In this document: positions 43,836 through 54,575 of the stretch, piece by piece | How positions within the stretch are numbered: position 1 is the first letter of the stretch | How the letters are laid out: every line of letters begins with the position of its first letter | Program-made: the position numbers and the translations under genes | Notes under the pieces: model-generated | What the model saw: the letters and a program-made list of their open reading frames with translations, nothing else | Databases searched by the model: none | Told to the model about the DNA's origin: nothing | Source of the DNA: Sphingomonadaceae bacterium | GTDB taxonomy: Bacteria; Chloroflexota; UBA6077 | NCBI GenBank assembly: GCA_050261575.1 | Contig: JBLNDL010000042.1 | Span: forward strand, 1-64,000 | Direction of reading: 5' to 3' | Length of the DNA: 64,000 nt

Positions 43836-45677
43836 TCAGTCCTCAGGCCACTGTCCGGAGCCCTCGCTGTGCTCAACCCCATCGTGGGCGGAGCCGAAGG
43901 GCGGCGAGATCCGTCCCCTCAGCACGGTGAGGGTGCGGGCTCCCTTCCTAATCCCGGTCTGCAGCTCCTCCACGATCCGCCCAGCGGCAACCGCCGCTGT
44001 GGTGGCGGTCTTCCCCGCGTGGCGCCATCGCGCGTACCGCTTCTGCAGCAGCCGCCTCGTGGGCTCCGCGGCGAGAGCGGCTAGATGCTCCCGCACGGCG
44101 ACCCGGAGCAACAGCGCCGCTCGCTCGTGGTCCGCGTGAGCGCCGCCCTCGGGCTCCGGAACGATCGAGTCCACCAGTCCCAGATCCAGTAGGTCGCGCG
44201 AAGTGAGCTTGAGAGCCTCAGCGACGCTGGGCGCCCGGCCGGGATCCCGGTAGAGAATCGCCGCGGCACCTTCAGGGGCGATGATGGAGAAGATGGCGTT
44301 CTCCATCATGAGGACCCTGTCGGCGACGCCGAGGGCCAAGGCTCCCCCGCTCCCCCCTTCTCCGATCACCACGGCCAGGATCGGGGTGGGGAGACTGGAC
44401 ATCAGCGCCATGGTGTGGGAGATGCTGTCGCCGAGGCCGCTGGATTCCGACTCCACGCTGGGGTCGGCCCCGGGTGTGTCGATCAGCGTGAGCAGCGGTA
44501 GACGCCACTTCGCCGCCAGGCGCATGGCCCGCTGAGCCTTGCGGTATCCTGCCGGCCGCGCCCTTCCCCCGCGTCTCTCGTCGCGGTCCGGGCGGCCTCG
44601 CTCCTGCGCCACGACCATCACCGCCTGGCCGTCCAGATCCGCCACGGCGCACACGATCGCGGGGTCGTCGCCGGTGGCGCGGTCTCCATGGATCTCCACG
44701 AACGACGAGGCTAGACGCCGCAGGAAATCCATCGACGTCGGTCGCTCGCCGTGCCTCGCGGTCTCCACGGCCGACCACGCGTTGGCTATCTCGGCGGAGG
44801 CTGCAGGCAGTGGGGCGTGGGCGGCAGCGGATGGCCTACCCCTGCTCGCCAACCGCAGCAGTTCCCCGATCTCGGCCTTGATCCTCGGACGGGGAAGAAC
44901 CGCGTCGATCAGGCCATCCCGCGCCAGGTCCTCCGCCCGGCGGGCCTGTTCGCCGCCGCCCGGGCCTCCCATCGCGCGCGCCACCCGGGGCCCGGCAAAC
45001 CCCACCAGCGCGCCAGGCTCCGCCAACAGGATGTCCCCGAGTGTGGCGAAGCTGGCAAAGACCCCGCCCGTGGTGGGGTGGGTGAGCAGCACGACGAAGG
45101 ACACCCCTCGGGTGTGCAGCCGCTGTACCGCCGCCGCCGTCTTCGCCATCTGCGCCAGCGCCAGCATTCCCTCCTGCATGCGAGCCCCGCCGCTGGCAGT
45201 CACCACCAAGAGCGGCAGCCGCCTCCTGGCCGCCAGCTCGCACGCGCCTGCGATCTTCTCTCCCACGACGGAGCCCATGCTACCCCCGAGGAAGCGGAAG
45301 TCCATCACTGCCAGCACGACGGCGATGCCGTTGATCAGGCAGGTGCCCGTAACTGCCGCCTCCCTGAGTCCCGTGGCCCGTTGTGCCTCGGCCAGGCGCT
45401 GCGGATAGGGAATGCGATCGACGAAACCGAGGGGATCGGTGGGGTGGAGGTTGCCATGAGTCTCCTTGAATGTGCCGTGGTCCGCCAGAAGGGCGATCCG
45501 TTCCGGGGCGGAGAGGAGATGGTGATGTCCGCACTCCGCACACACCTTGTATCGGGCGAAAAGCGGATCGCCCGCCAGCGGCCGACCGCACCCGTCGCAC
45601 GTACGGTCGGGCACCCCGCCTGTTCGGCTGGGAGTCTCCGATCCGGTTCCCCGTAAGCCCTTCAACAGCCTTGCCAT
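43836..45677 (-). CDS. accDA: Fused acetyl-CoA carboxylase carboxyltransferase beta/alpha (AccD-AccA)
   Basis: CDGC..CAEC zinc finger, GGSMG, SGGARMQEG; then IDTPGA, GEGGSGGA, PEGAAAIL. Confidence 0.9.
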   Translation of the reverse strand: MARLLKGLRGTGSETPSRTGGVPDRTCDGCGRPLAGDPLFARYKVCAECGHHHLLSAPERIALLADHGTFKETHGNLHPTDPLGFVDRIPYPQRLAEAQRATGLREAAVTGTCLINGIAVVLAVMDFRFLGGSMGSVVGEKIAGACELAARRRLPLLVVTASGGARMQEGMLALAQMAKTAAAVQRLHTRGVSFVVLLTHPTTGGVFASFATLGDILLAEPGALVGFAGPRVARAMGGPGGGEQARRAEDLARDGLIDAVLPRPRIKAEIGELLRLASRGRPSAAAHAPLPAASAEIANAWSAVETARHGERPTSMDFLRRLASSFVEIHGDRATGDDPAIVCAVADLDGQAVMVVAQERGRPDRDERRGGRARPAGYRKAQRAMRLAAKWRLPLLTLIDTPGADPSVESESSGLGDSISHTMALMSSLPTPILAVVIGEGGSGGALALGVADRVLMMENAIFSIIAPEGAAAILYRDPGRAPSVAEALKLTSRDLLDLGLVDSIVPEPEGGAHADHERAALLLRVAVREHLAALAAEPTRRLLQKRYARWRHAGKTATTAAVAAGRIVEELQTGIRKGARTLTVLRGRISPPFGSAHDGVEHSEGSGQWPED

Positions 45678-46153
45678 CGCGGTCCTCCTCACCCACGCCG
45701 AGCCCATGCTGTTCGCGACGTCGACGCCGACAGTGTGCAGCGCATGCCGGACGCAAACCATCTACCTGGCAGGCGGGGCCGCTCCCAGCGGCAGCAAAGC
45801 GCCCACGACCGCTACTGCGGACGCGAAGATGAGTGCAACCCCCACCATCCGCACCTGGTCGTCCGTCGCCGGGAGCTTCGCTACGTTCAAGACGAACGCG
45901 AGGCGCGCCCGCACCCCCGCGGGATCGTTGATGGCGAAGGCTCCCAGGGCGATGAACACGGCACCGCAGAAGACGACTAGAAGACGGTCGAAGACCGGCA
46001 GCCACATGGCGTTGCGTCCCATTCGCACTGAGCGGTCCCTGCCCGCGATCGAGTCTACGAAACACCATGCTAAGGCAAGTCGTTGGGAGCGTGCATGACT
46101 GATGCGTCAGAACGAACGCCGCGAGCGCGAGATCGGTCATGCCGACCCTGCTC

Positions 46154-47719
46154 CTACCTCACCCAGTACTCGACCACCACGGGAACCTCCGTGAGCGCTA
46201 CTTCGACGCGGGCCGATGTAGTGCCGGGATCCGCCAGCGAAAGGGACGTTCTCCTCCCCGTCGTGCTGTCGGCGGTTAGAGAGATCGCGTCTGCCTTCCA
46301 GGCGTTGGGCACCGAGACCTCGTAGCTCGGGATCCTGCTGCCGTCGTCGCGCCCCGCGTGGGCATTGCGCACCCAGCCAACCACCGCTCCCCCGCTGCCA
46401 TCCGGCCGTGCCAGTCTGTAGAGGTAGACCGCCGGATTTCCCTCGCCCTGCCGGTCGACCGATGCCATCACCATCGACCCCAGCAGACGCGAGATCGTCG
46501 CGAGGTAGTACCATCCAGCCTTCTTACGAGCGTCGAGGCCCTCGTCGACGGAGCTGTTTTCCACCAGCCCGGCTGTGGCGTACAGGCCCGGGCTCTCGCT
46601 GTCGTGATCGCGGTACGAGAAGAGGAACAGCTTGTCCACGCCGTTCGCCAGGGAGAGAAAGACGGACCTCACGAGGTACGCTCCCGCCGTCGGCTCCGGA
46701 GCGTACAGCTCGGAATGCGATCGCGAGACCCGAGAATTGGTGTCCCACCCCAGCTCGGTCAGCCAGATGGGGACGCCCGGCGCGAAGCTGTCCCTCCACT
46801 GCCTAACCTTCCTCACGGCGTCCACCAGCCCGGCCGCCTCGGGCGATCTCCCTCCCCGCCGCGAGTCGCCCTTGGCGTACCAATGGAAGCTGAGCACGTC
46901 GAAGGGGAGTCTGTCGCCCCTCGTACGGTTGGCCAGAGTCGCTTCTAGATAGGCGATGTCAGGGCCGGCGAGGCCGGGCAAAACCACGAGAATGGTGGGG
47001 TCTCCCGACTTGACCCCAACGAATGAGGACGCAGCGGCACCTCGAGTGCCCGCACCGTCGTAGTCGACTTCGAGCATTCTCGCGAAGTGGGCGGCCGGAA
47101 ACCGGGGATCGGTCCAGTCCTGGTTCGGCTCGTTCCACCCCTCGATTGCCTGCACCCACCCGAGCCCCGTCAGCTTATCGGCGGAGGATATCCCTTCTCG
47201 ATGGTGGGTCGCCCCGTATCGAGCGGCTAGCTGCGCCAGGTACTCGCCGTGGGCGACGTAGTCATCGAGTGCCGTCCCGCTCCGGCCACGCGGGTAGGGG
47301 AGCCCGCTAGTCTTCCCGTTGCTGGACGCCCAGGAGGGCACCATCCCCACGCTCACCAGCAGCTTGACCCCCAGTCTACTCAAGTGAGAGTAGAACTGGT
47401 CGATACGCTGCCTCCCGCTGGACCACGTGAGCCTTCCCCGCTCGGGTTCGTACCAGTACCACCTGTGGTAGTCGCGCGCCCATCCGGCCACCCTGGCGAC
47501 CTCGTCTGGGTCGTTCGCGTGCACCACGTTCACCCCGATCCGCTCGCGCAGCGGTGATGGAGAGGGCGTCTCCGGTGCGAGGGCGGGCGGCGGACCATGC
47601 TCGACCTGTGGGTATCGGGGCAGCCCCAGGGCCGAGACCGCGACCAACGCAAGAACGGTGGCCAAGTAGCTGGCGGAACGTCTCAAGGCGTCACCCCGGC
47701 ATCGCTGGAACCGCCCCAT
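46154..47719 (-). CDS. Secreted clan GH-A glycoside hydrolase
   Basis: EGWNEPN acid/base, WLTELGW nucleophile; N-terminal hydrophobic segment; start uncertain. Confidence 0.75.
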   Translation of the reverse strand: MGRFQRCRGDALRRSASYLATVLALVAVSALGLPRYPQVEHGPPPALAPETPSPSPLRERIGVNVVHANDPDEVARVAGWARDYHRWYWYEPERGRLTWSSGRQRIDQFYSHLSRLGVKLLVSVGMVPSWASSNGKTSGLPYPRGRSGTALDDYVAHGEYLAQLAARYGATHHREGISSADKLTGLGWVQAIEGWNEPNQDWTDPRFPAAHFARMLEVDYDGAGTRGAAASSFVGVKSGDPTILVVLPGLAGPDIAYLEATLANRTRGDRLPFDVLSFHWYAKGDSRRGGRSPEAAGLVDAVRKVRQWRDSFAPGVPIWLTELGWDTNSRVSRSHSELYAPEPTAGAYLVRSVFLSLANGVDKLFLFSYRDHDSESPGLYATAGLVENSSVDEGLDARKKAGWYYLATISRLLGSMVMASVDRQGEGNPAVYLYRLARPDGSGGAVVGWVRNAHAGRDDGSRIPSYEVSVPNAWKADAISLTADSTTGRRTSLSLADPGTTSARVEVALTEVPVVVEYWVR

Positions 47720-47745
47720 CGCCGCGTGCTATAATCGGCTCGCTC

Positions 47746-48588
47746 ATGACTGAACATCTCGATCCATCTATTACGCTCCTCGCGGAGACGGCGGTTTCCG
47801 CCGCACAGACGGCCGGCTCCATCCTGCGGGACCGATGGAGACTTGCTCGCCAAATCCAGTACAAGGGCGAGATCAACCTCGTCACCGACGCCGATCGCCA
47901 GGCCGAAGAGGCTATCGTCTCCCTGCTGCGTTCTCGATTCCCAGATCACCAGATCCTTGCGGAGGAGGGCTCCACGGGGGGCGATTCCCACAGCCATCGC
48001 TGGATCATCGACCCCCTCGACGGTACAACGAACTACGCCCACGGGTATCCTCATTTCGCGGTCTCCATAGCGCTGGAGCGAGACGGCTCCATCGTGCTCG
48101 GCGTGGTCTACGATCCGATCCTGAACGAGCTGTTCCTTGCCAAGGCCGGTGAGGGCGCCTGGCTGAATGGCGAGCCTCTGAGAGTGTCCACGGTGGATCG
48201 ACTGGTGAGATCCCTGCTCTGCACGGGGTTTCCCTACGACCGCAGCCTGTTCACCGAGAACCTTCGCAGGTGGAACTACTTCGTTCGTCGCGCGCAAGGC
48301 GTGAGGCGCGACGGCTCGGCGGCCCTCGACATCTGCTACGTTGCCGCCGGCAGATTCGATGCCTTCTGGGAGAATCACCTCTTCCCATGGGATGCCGCTG
48401 CTGCCATCCTCCTGGTGCGCGAGGCAGGCGGCACCGTCACAGACTACAGCGGCGGCGAACCAGACATCTACCGGGGTGAGATCGTGGCAAGCAACGGGCT
48501 GGTGCACGCCGCGATGCTGGAGGGCTTGGTCACCCGACACCGTGAGCATCGACGCCGCGCCAGCACGGAAGAGAAGGCCAGAAGATGA
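47746..48588 (+). CDS. suhB: Inositol monophosphatase family protein
   Basis: WIIDPLDGTTNY, GSAALD, WDAAAAILLVREAGG. Confidence 0.92.
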   Translation: MTEHLDPSITLLAETAVSAAQTAGSILRDRWRLARQIQYKGEINLVTDADRQAEEAIVSLLRSRFPDHQILAEEGSTGGDSHSHRWIIDPLDGTTNYAHGYPHFAVSIALERDGSIVLGVVYDPILNELFLAKAGEGAWLNGEPLRVSTVDRLVRSLLCTGFPYDRSLFTENLRRWNYFVRRAQGVRRDGSAALDICYVAAGRFDAFWENHLFPWDAAAAILLVREAGGTVTDYSGGEPDIYRGEIVASNGLVHAAMLEGLVTRHREHRRRASTEEKARR

Positions 48589-48662
48589 CGCTTCCCTTTC
48601 TACTGCTGCCGATTCCGTCGCGGTTTCCCCGTGCGCTTCCGCCCACAGCAGCGGGGGAGTGG

Positions 48663-49046
48663 CTATGCGACACTCTCCCGCGGACTGAGGGCCCTATCGA
48701 CCGTATCCAGGAACTGATCGACGTGGAACGGCTTGGGCAGCACCCGGTGCCCCTGCTGTGCCAGTTCCTGGCGCAGGAACTCAGGTGCGGCGGTAACCAG
48801 CACCACCGACGGACCGGCGTCGCCCGATCGTTCCCGCAGAAGGCGCAGAAACTCCACCCCGTCCATAGAAGGCATGGCCAGGTCCAGAGTGATGAGGACT
48901 GGGCGGACGGAGTCGATGCAGGAGAGCGCCTCCTCGGCGCTGGCGTACCCCGACACTTCGTATCCAGCGTCCTGGAGGATGTCAGTCATAAGGTTCCGGA
49001 TCGTGGTGTCGTCCTCGACCACCATTATTCGTTTGCGAGCAGTCAT
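48663..49046 (-). CDS. Single-domain response regulator
   Basis: VVEDD, LDLAMPSMDG, KPF. Confidence 0.9.
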   Translation of the reverse strand: MTARKRIMVVEDDTTIRNLMTDILQDAGYEVSGYASAEEALSCIDSVRPVLITLDLAMPSMDGVEFLRLLRERSGDAGPSVVLVTAAPEFLRQELAQQGHRVLPKPFHVDQFLDTVDRALSPRESVA

Positions 49047-49128
49047 CGTCACAAACTCCCAGCGGTAGCCTAGTAGTTGGCTTGCAAGATGTAGACCAAC
49101 TACGATCCCGTCAGAACGAGGAGGAATC

Positions 49129-49974
49129 ATGTCCAGAGAGGTATTGCTGAACGGCAAGTTCGTTCCCTACGAAGAGGCCATGGTGCGCATCGACGACCGT
49201 GGATTCCAGTTCTCAGAGGGCGTGTACGAGGTGATACGGGTCTACCACGGCAAGCCGTTCGAGATGGAACGCCACATGGCTCGCATGAGGAGCAGCGTCG
49301 AGGCGGTTGGCCTGGATGTTGGGTCGGTGCTGGACGGCGTGGAAGAGCAGTCCCTGGAACTGCTGCGCAGAAGCGGCCTGCAGGAAGCCTACATCTACAT
49401 CCAGGTCACCTCCGGCGCGGCGCCCCGCGTCCACCTGGCCCCCTCGGGTCTCACCCCGACGGTTATCGCCATCGTCGGTCCCGCCTCACCTCCTTCGGCC
49501 GAGGTTCGGAGTAGGGGTATCAGGGTCATGACCGTTCCGGACCAGCGGTGGGCAATGTGCTTCGCCAAGACTACCATGCTTCTCCCCAACACCACCGCCA
49601 AGAAGCGCGCGCTGGCCGAGGGGTACGACGACGCGATCTTCGTGCGAGATGGCTTCGCCATGGAGGGCACAGCCGCCAACATGTTCGCCGTCTTCGACGG
49701 TGTCCTCACCACGCCCCCGGCGACCAACTACATACTCCACGGGGTGACTCGGGCAGTCGTCCTGGATCTCGCCAAGCAGATCGGGATGCCTCACGCGGAG
49801 GCACCCATCCCGGCGGCCAAGCTGGGCACCGCCGAGGAGGTGTTCCTGACCGGTACCGTCGGCGAGTTGATCCCGGTCGTCAGCGTAGACGGCAAGACCA
49901 TCGGAACCGGCAAGCCTGGCCCCGTGTACGCCCGGATGTACGACGCTCTGCAGCGCCGCATCGCCGAACTGTAG
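49129..49974 (+). CDS. Class IV aminotransferase (D-amino-acid aminotransferase-like)
   Basis: DRGFQFSEGVYEV, EGTAAN, ILHGVTR. Confidence 0.9.
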   Translation: MSREVLLNGKFVPYEEAMVRIDDRGFQFSEGVYEVIRVYHGKPFEMERHMARMRSSVEAVGLDVGSVLDGVEEQSLELLRRSGLQEAYIYIQVTSGAAPRVHLAPSGLTPTVIAIVGPASPPSAEVRSRGIRVMTVPDQRWAMCFAKTTMLLPNTTAKKRALAEGYDDAIFVRDGFAMEGTAANMFAVFDGVLTTPPATNYILHGVTRAVVLDLAKQIGMPHAEAPIPAAKLGTAEEVFLTGTVGELIPVVSVDGKTIGTGKPGPVYARMYDALQRRIAEL

Positions 49975-50173
49975 TCAGACGAATCGGGCGCCGGGCTTCG
50001 CTCGAGAGGATCCGGGTCCGTCGAGCACGCCGTAGCGCCCCGTTGGGGACAGGGGCTGCAAGTCTACCGGCTTGCGGCCCCTTTTCCATGCCTCCGCCAC
50101 CGTATATAATGAGTTTTACAGCTATTCGCTGCCCAAACCGTGTAATCCGCTTCGCCCAGGTCTGGAGGTTCCA

Positions 50174-51454
50174 TTGCCCAGTAGATACCACCTGTGGGTC
50201 AGCGGCTGCCAGATGAACGCCTCCGATGCTCGCTGGCTCGCCGATGCCCTGGACGGCGCCGGGATGGCACCCGCCGACCGGTTCGACGATGCCGACGTCG
50301 CCATTCTATACACCTGCAGCGTCCGGCAGAGCGCCGAGGACCGGGTCCACGGACAACTGGGCCATCTCAAGTCGCTGAAGGCCCGCCGTCCGGACATGGT
50401 GCTCTGTGTCACCGGCTGCATGGCCGGCGCCGACACGGCCGACCTCCGGCGGCGGTACCCCTTCGTGGACCTGTTCGTGGCACCCACGGAACTCGAGAAG
50501 CTGCCCGATCTGATCCTCTCCGCTGCGGACGAAACGGAGGCCTGCGCGCCCGCATCCACCGACTACGCCGATCGGGTGCCCGTGTCCGCGGGCGTCACCG
50601 TGATCAGGGGCTGCGACAAGTATTGCAGCTACTGCGTCGTCCCGTTCCGCCGTGGGCCACAGCGGAGCAGGCCAGCGGAGGAGATCCTCGCCGAGGCCGG
50701 GAGTCTCCTCTCCCGCGGGTCCAGGGAGATCGTCCTGCTGGGTCAGACGGTGGATGCCTGGGGGCGGGACCTCACGCCCGAGGCCAGCCTGGCCGGCCTC
50801 CTGCGGCAGGTGGCCTCGCTGCCGGGGCTCGCGCGGCTGCGATTCCTGACGTCGCACCCCAACGACTTCACCCCGGACTTGATCGAGGCGATGGCAGAGA
50901 CGCCACAGGTGTGTGAGGAGCTGAACCTCCCGATTCAGGCCGGCGACGACGACGTGCTTCGCCGAATGGCCAGAAGGTACACCGTTCGCCAGTACCTCGA
51001 CCTGCTGGCCGAGATCCGAGCGCGGATTCCAGACATCGCCCTTTCCACCGACGTGATAGTGGGCTTCCCTGGCGAGACCGAGCGGCAATTCGCCAATACC
51101 ATGCGCGTGCTGCGGGAGGTGGAGTTCGACGTCGTCCACGTAGCTGCCTACTCCCCGAGGCCCGGCACGGCGGCAGCACGCAAGATGGCGGACGACGTCC
51201 CTCCAGAGGAGAAGAAGCGGCGTCTGCACGAGGTCGAGGTGTTGCAGACGGAGATCGCCAGTCGAAAGAACGGCGGGATGGTCGGGCGGCAAGTGGAGGT
51301 GCTGGTGGAACGTCGGGAAAAGGGAAAATGGTCCGGCCGGACCCGCTCCAACAAACTGGTGTTCTTCGAGAGCGAGCGCGACCTGAAGGGCGAACTAGTC
51401 ACCGTGGCCGTCGACGGAGCCGGCGCCTGGTCCCTGCGAGGGCAACTGGTGTAG
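50174..51454 (+). CDS. miaB: tRNA methylthiotransferase MiaB
   Basis: GCQMN, CDKYCSYC, IVGFPGET, C-terminal TRAM. Confidence 0.95.
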   Translation: MPSRYHLWVSGCQMNASDARWLADALDGAGMAPADRFDDADVAILYTCSVRQSAEDRVHGQLGHLKSLKARRPDMVLCVTGCMAGADTADLRRRYPFVDLFVAPTELEKLPDLILSAADETEACAPASTDYADRVPVSAGVTVIRGCDKYCSYCVVPFRRGPQRSRPAEEILAEAGSLLSRGSREIVLLGQTVDAWGRDLTPEASLAGLLRQVASLPGLARLRFLTSHPNDFTPDLIEAMAETPQVCEELNLPIQAGDDDVLRRMARRYTVRQYLDLLAEIRARIPDIALSTDVIVGFPGETERQFANTMRVLREVEFDVVHVAAYSPRPGTAAARKMADDVPPEEKKRRLHEVEVLQTEIASRKNGGMVGRQVEVLVERREKGKWSGRTRSNKLVFFESERDLKGELVTVAVDGAGAWSLRGQLV

Positions 51455-51549
51455 CTGCCCTCCACATCTGGTGGCCGGGACCCAGCGGCTCCCGCTTCCT
51501 CCGCCACGACGTTCACGTGCCGAAGGGCACGTTACGGGAGCGGGAGCCA

Positions 51550-51987
51550 TCACACCTCCAGGCAGATTGTCACCGGACCGTCGTTGATCAGACTCACCTC
51601 CATGTGAGCCCCGAACCGCCCCGTCCGCACGCTCAGGTCGTATCCCCTCAACAGTTCCGCGAATCGCTCCACCAACTTCTCGGCCTTCGATGGTTCCGCG
51701 GCGGCGACGAAGCTGGGCCGGCGGCCCCGGCTGGTGTCGGCGTACAGGGTGAACTGCGATACCACCAGCATCTCGGCCCCGACGTCGAGCGCGGAGAGGT
51801 TGAACTTGCCCTCGGCGTCGCTGAACATTCGGAGGCGCACTACCTTGTCCACCAGCTTCCTGGCAGCCTCTTCGTCGTCGTCGTGGCCCACGCCCAGAAG
51901 CACGAGCCAGCCGCGACCGATCTCGCCGACGGTTGCGCCGTCGACTCGCACTGCCGCCTGCGACACCCTCTGCAGCACCGCTCGCAC
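51550..51987 (-). CDS. dtd: D-aminoacyl-tRNA deacylase
   Basis: LQRV, VSQFTL, NDGPVT. Confidence 0.96.
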   Translation of the reverse strand: MRAVLQRVSQAAVRVDGATVGEIGRGWLVLLGVGHDDDEEAARKLVDKVVRLRMFSDAEGKFNLSALDVGAEMLVVSQFTLYADTSRGRRPSFVAAAEPSKAEKLVERFAELLRGYDLSVRTGRFGAHMEVSLINDGPVTICLEV

Positions 51988-52090
51988 CTGTGACCTCCTT
52001 GTGGCCGCGGGCCCCGGCCTGCGCGCATCCGCCAGCGCTCCTCCGGGCCGCGGCCCTAGGGGATGCACCGAGAGCACGCCGACCGGCGCG

Positions 52091-52390
52091 CTACGAGCCC
52101 GACTTGTCCGCTGAGGCGGTGGTGGTAGTGGTGCTCTCTTTCGAGGCTTCGGAGGAGGGCTTGCTCTCTTCCTTGTGGCCGGAGCCGTTTCTTCCGTTGC
52201 TTCCGCCCGACGACGAGCGATTGTCGGTGCAGTAGAAGCCCGACCCCTTGAAGACGATGGCCGTCGGTTGCAGGACCTTGTGCAGCCGGCCGTGGCACGA
52301 TTCGCATTCGGTCAGCGGCGCGTCGGAGAAGGACTGGCGCTTCTCGATCAGGGCACCGCAGTCCTCACACTCGTAAACGTAGACAGGCAA
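52091..52390 (-). CDS. FmdB-family zinc-ribbon protein
   Basis: P.Y.YEC..CG...C..C...FKGSGFY.TD. Confidence 0.9.
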   Translation of the reverse strand: MPVYVYECEDCGALIEKRQSFSDAPLTECESCHGRLHKVLQPTAIVFKGSGFYCTDNRSSSGGSNGRNGSGHKEESKPSSEASKESTTTTTASADKSGS

Positions 52391-52628
52391 GACCGATCAC
52401 CCTTTCCATTCGATGAATCCTAAGCAAGTATCTCTAGGTAGAGCACACGTATTCCGCCGTAAGAGTTGTCACGAACTAGAGATACCTGCTGAGCGTCCAC
52501 ACCGACGGCTAGCCGAAGGCTCGTTCGAACCGCGACTAGCCGCTGTTGGGAGCTATCCGTATTGGCAGGGTAGAATATATCAGAAATCCGCGCAGCGCGC
52601 AGCCCGCGGGCAGCAGGGGCCCTGTCGT

Positions 52629-52696
52629 TGTCACCCCGAGCCGCGGCGAAGGGTCTCCCACTGCGGAGAGGGATGCATCGCTTTGCTCAGCATGAC
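52629..52696. repeat. Degenerate palindromic extragenic repeat
   Basis: TGTCACCCCGAGC..GCGAAGGGTCT ... ATCGCTTTGCTCAGCATGAC. Confidence 0.65.
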
Positions 52697-52747
52697 GGCT
52701 GTGCCGACCTCGAAAAGCCCTGGTCGCGCAGCACTGTTGAGGGGGGA

Positions 52748-53446
52748 ATGAATGCCAAACAGGAGGCCTCCGTGACCGACCGAGACGGACTAGACAGGCT
52801 AATGCAGGAGCTACAACGGGAGGGGATCCGCGACCCCCGAGTGCTGGCCGCCCTGCGGAAGGTGCCCCGCGAGCTGTTCGTTCCGCCAGAGTACCGTGCG
52901 CAGGCTCTTCGCAACGTGCCCTTGCCGATCGGAGAGGGCCAGACCATCTCCCAGCCCTACGTAGTCGCGTTGATGACTCAGACGCTGGCCCTGGCCGGCA
53001 CGGAGAAGGTGCTGGAGGTCGGGACAGGGTCGGGCTACCAATGCGCCATCCTGGCGGAGTTGAGCAGGAAGGTGGTCTCCATAGAGAGGATCGCCTCGCT
53101 TGCCGAGGAAGCCCGCCACCGCCTGGTCTCGTTGGGGTACGGCAACGTGGAACTGGTAGTAGGAGACGGCAGCCTCGGTTACCCGGAGGAGGCGCCCTAC
53201 GACGCCATCGTGGTCACTGCGGGCAGCCCGCGGGTCCCGCAACCCCTGGTGGAGCAGCTCGGCGAGGGAGGCCGGCTGATCCTCCCGGTGGGCTCTCCCG
53301 GCTCCCAGGAGCTACTCCTGTATCGGAAGATAGGAGGGACGACGGTATTCCAGCGGCACGGTGCCGTTCGCTTCGTTCCCTTGCTGGGAAGGGAGGGCTG
53401 GCGGGAACGGGAGGCGAGCTTGTTCCGTGATGAGCCCAGGTGGTGA
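52748..53446 (+). CDS. pcm: Protein-L-isoaspartate O-methyltransferase
   Basis: IGEGQTISQPY, LEVGTGSGY, APYDAI, VRFVPL. Confidence 0.95.
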   Translation: MNAKQEASVTDRDGLDRLMQELQREGIRDPRVLAALRKVPRELFVPPEYRAQALRNVPLPIGEGQTISQPYVVALMTQTLALAGTEKVLEVGTGSGYQCAILAELSRKVVSIERIASLAEEARHRLVSLGYGNVELVVGDGSLGYPEEAPYDAIVVTAGSPRVPQPLVEQLGEGGRLILPVGSPGSQELLLYRKIGGTTVFQRHGAVRFVPLLGREGWREREASLFRDEPRW

Positions 53447-53489
53447 CCGGCGGGTCGCGCGGATGTCCGCGAGGCCCGCCGTCCGTCCT

Positions 53490-54572
53490 CTACCGGGTCC
53501 AGTCGATGTCCGGGACCGGCGACGTGACGTCGTAGTAGGACACCAGCACCATCAGAGCGATCAGGACCATCAGACCGACGAAGTGGAGTGCTCCCTCCCG
53601 CTCCGGCGCGATTCGGCGGCGACGTATCGCCTCTACGCCAATCAGCAACAGCCGGCCGCCATCCAGCGCGGGGAACGGGAGGAGGTTCGCGACGGCCAGG
53701 CCGGCGCTGATCGTTGCGGTAATGGTGATCAGGGGGAACCACCACCCCTCCGCGGCAGCCATGTCCGCCGCCTGAGTCGTCACCTGGTAGATCCCGACCG
53801 GACCGATGGGACGTGCTAGCTCCACCGGAAGCACCCCCTGCAGTATCATGACTGGCACCGCCAGTGTGAACGCCACCATCTGCCACGCCTGGCCGAAACC
53901 CATGGACAGCGATTCGTGGATGGGGTAGGCCATCGGCTTTACCTGGACGTTCCTGCTCTGCAGACCGATCCCCAGCGGCCCCTCCCCCTCGGGCCATTGG
54001 GTCCTCGGCACCACGGCCTTCTGGATCTCGGTGCCGTTCCGCTGCAGCGTCACGACTATCTCCTTCCCAAGCGAGGAGCGCGTTTCCTTCACGAACTCGT
54101 CGGCGGTCTGCATCCGGCGGCCGTCTATGGCCACGAGACGGTCCCCCTCCTGTAGACCGACGCTCTCGGCCGGCGAGCCGGGGCTCACCTTGTAGATGTA
54201 CACCTCCGCGGAGGTGGGGGTGGGCCAACCCATGGCGAAGGCTGCTGCGAAGAGGAGCGCGGCGGTGACGAAGTTCATCGCCGGGCCGGCGAAGAGGACC
54301 CCAGCGCGCGCCAACTTGCCCTTGCTCGGAAAGCTGTCCTCGTCGGACGCATCGCCATCCTCTCCTCTCATCTTCACGAAGGCCCCGAGTGGGATGAGGT
54401 TGAGGGAGTAGATGACCTCGCCCCGCCTGATGCCGAACAATCGCGGAGGGAGGCCGAAACCGAACTCGTCCACCCGTATTCCCGCCAGCCGGGCTGCTAC
54501 GAAGTGTCCAAGCTCGTGCACGAGCAGCAACAAGCTCAGTATCGGGATTACCGCCAATTGGCTCCAACTCAT
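53490..54572 (-). CDS. rseP: Site-2 zinc metalloprotease RseP
   Basis: HELGH, PDZ domain, NLLPFPALDGG. Confidence 0.92.
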   Translation of the reverse strand: MSWSQLAVIPILSLLLLVHELGHFVAARLAGIRVDEFGFGLPPRLFGIRRGEVIYSLNLIPLGAFVKMRGEDGDASDEDSFPSKGKLARAGVLFAGPAMNFVTAALLFAAAFAMGWPTPTSAEVYIYKVSPGSPAESVGLQEGDRLVAIDGRRMQTADEFVKETRSSLGKEIVVTLQRNGTEIQKAVVPRTQWPEGEGPLGIGLQSRNVQVKPMAYPIHESLSMGFGQAWQMVAFTLAVPVMILQGVLPVELARPIGPVGIYQVTTQAADMAAAEGWWFPLITITATISAGLAVANLLPFPALDGGRLLLIGVEAIRRRRIAPEREGALHFVGLMVLIALMVLVSYYDVTSPVPDIDWTR

Positions 54573-54575
54573 GGG

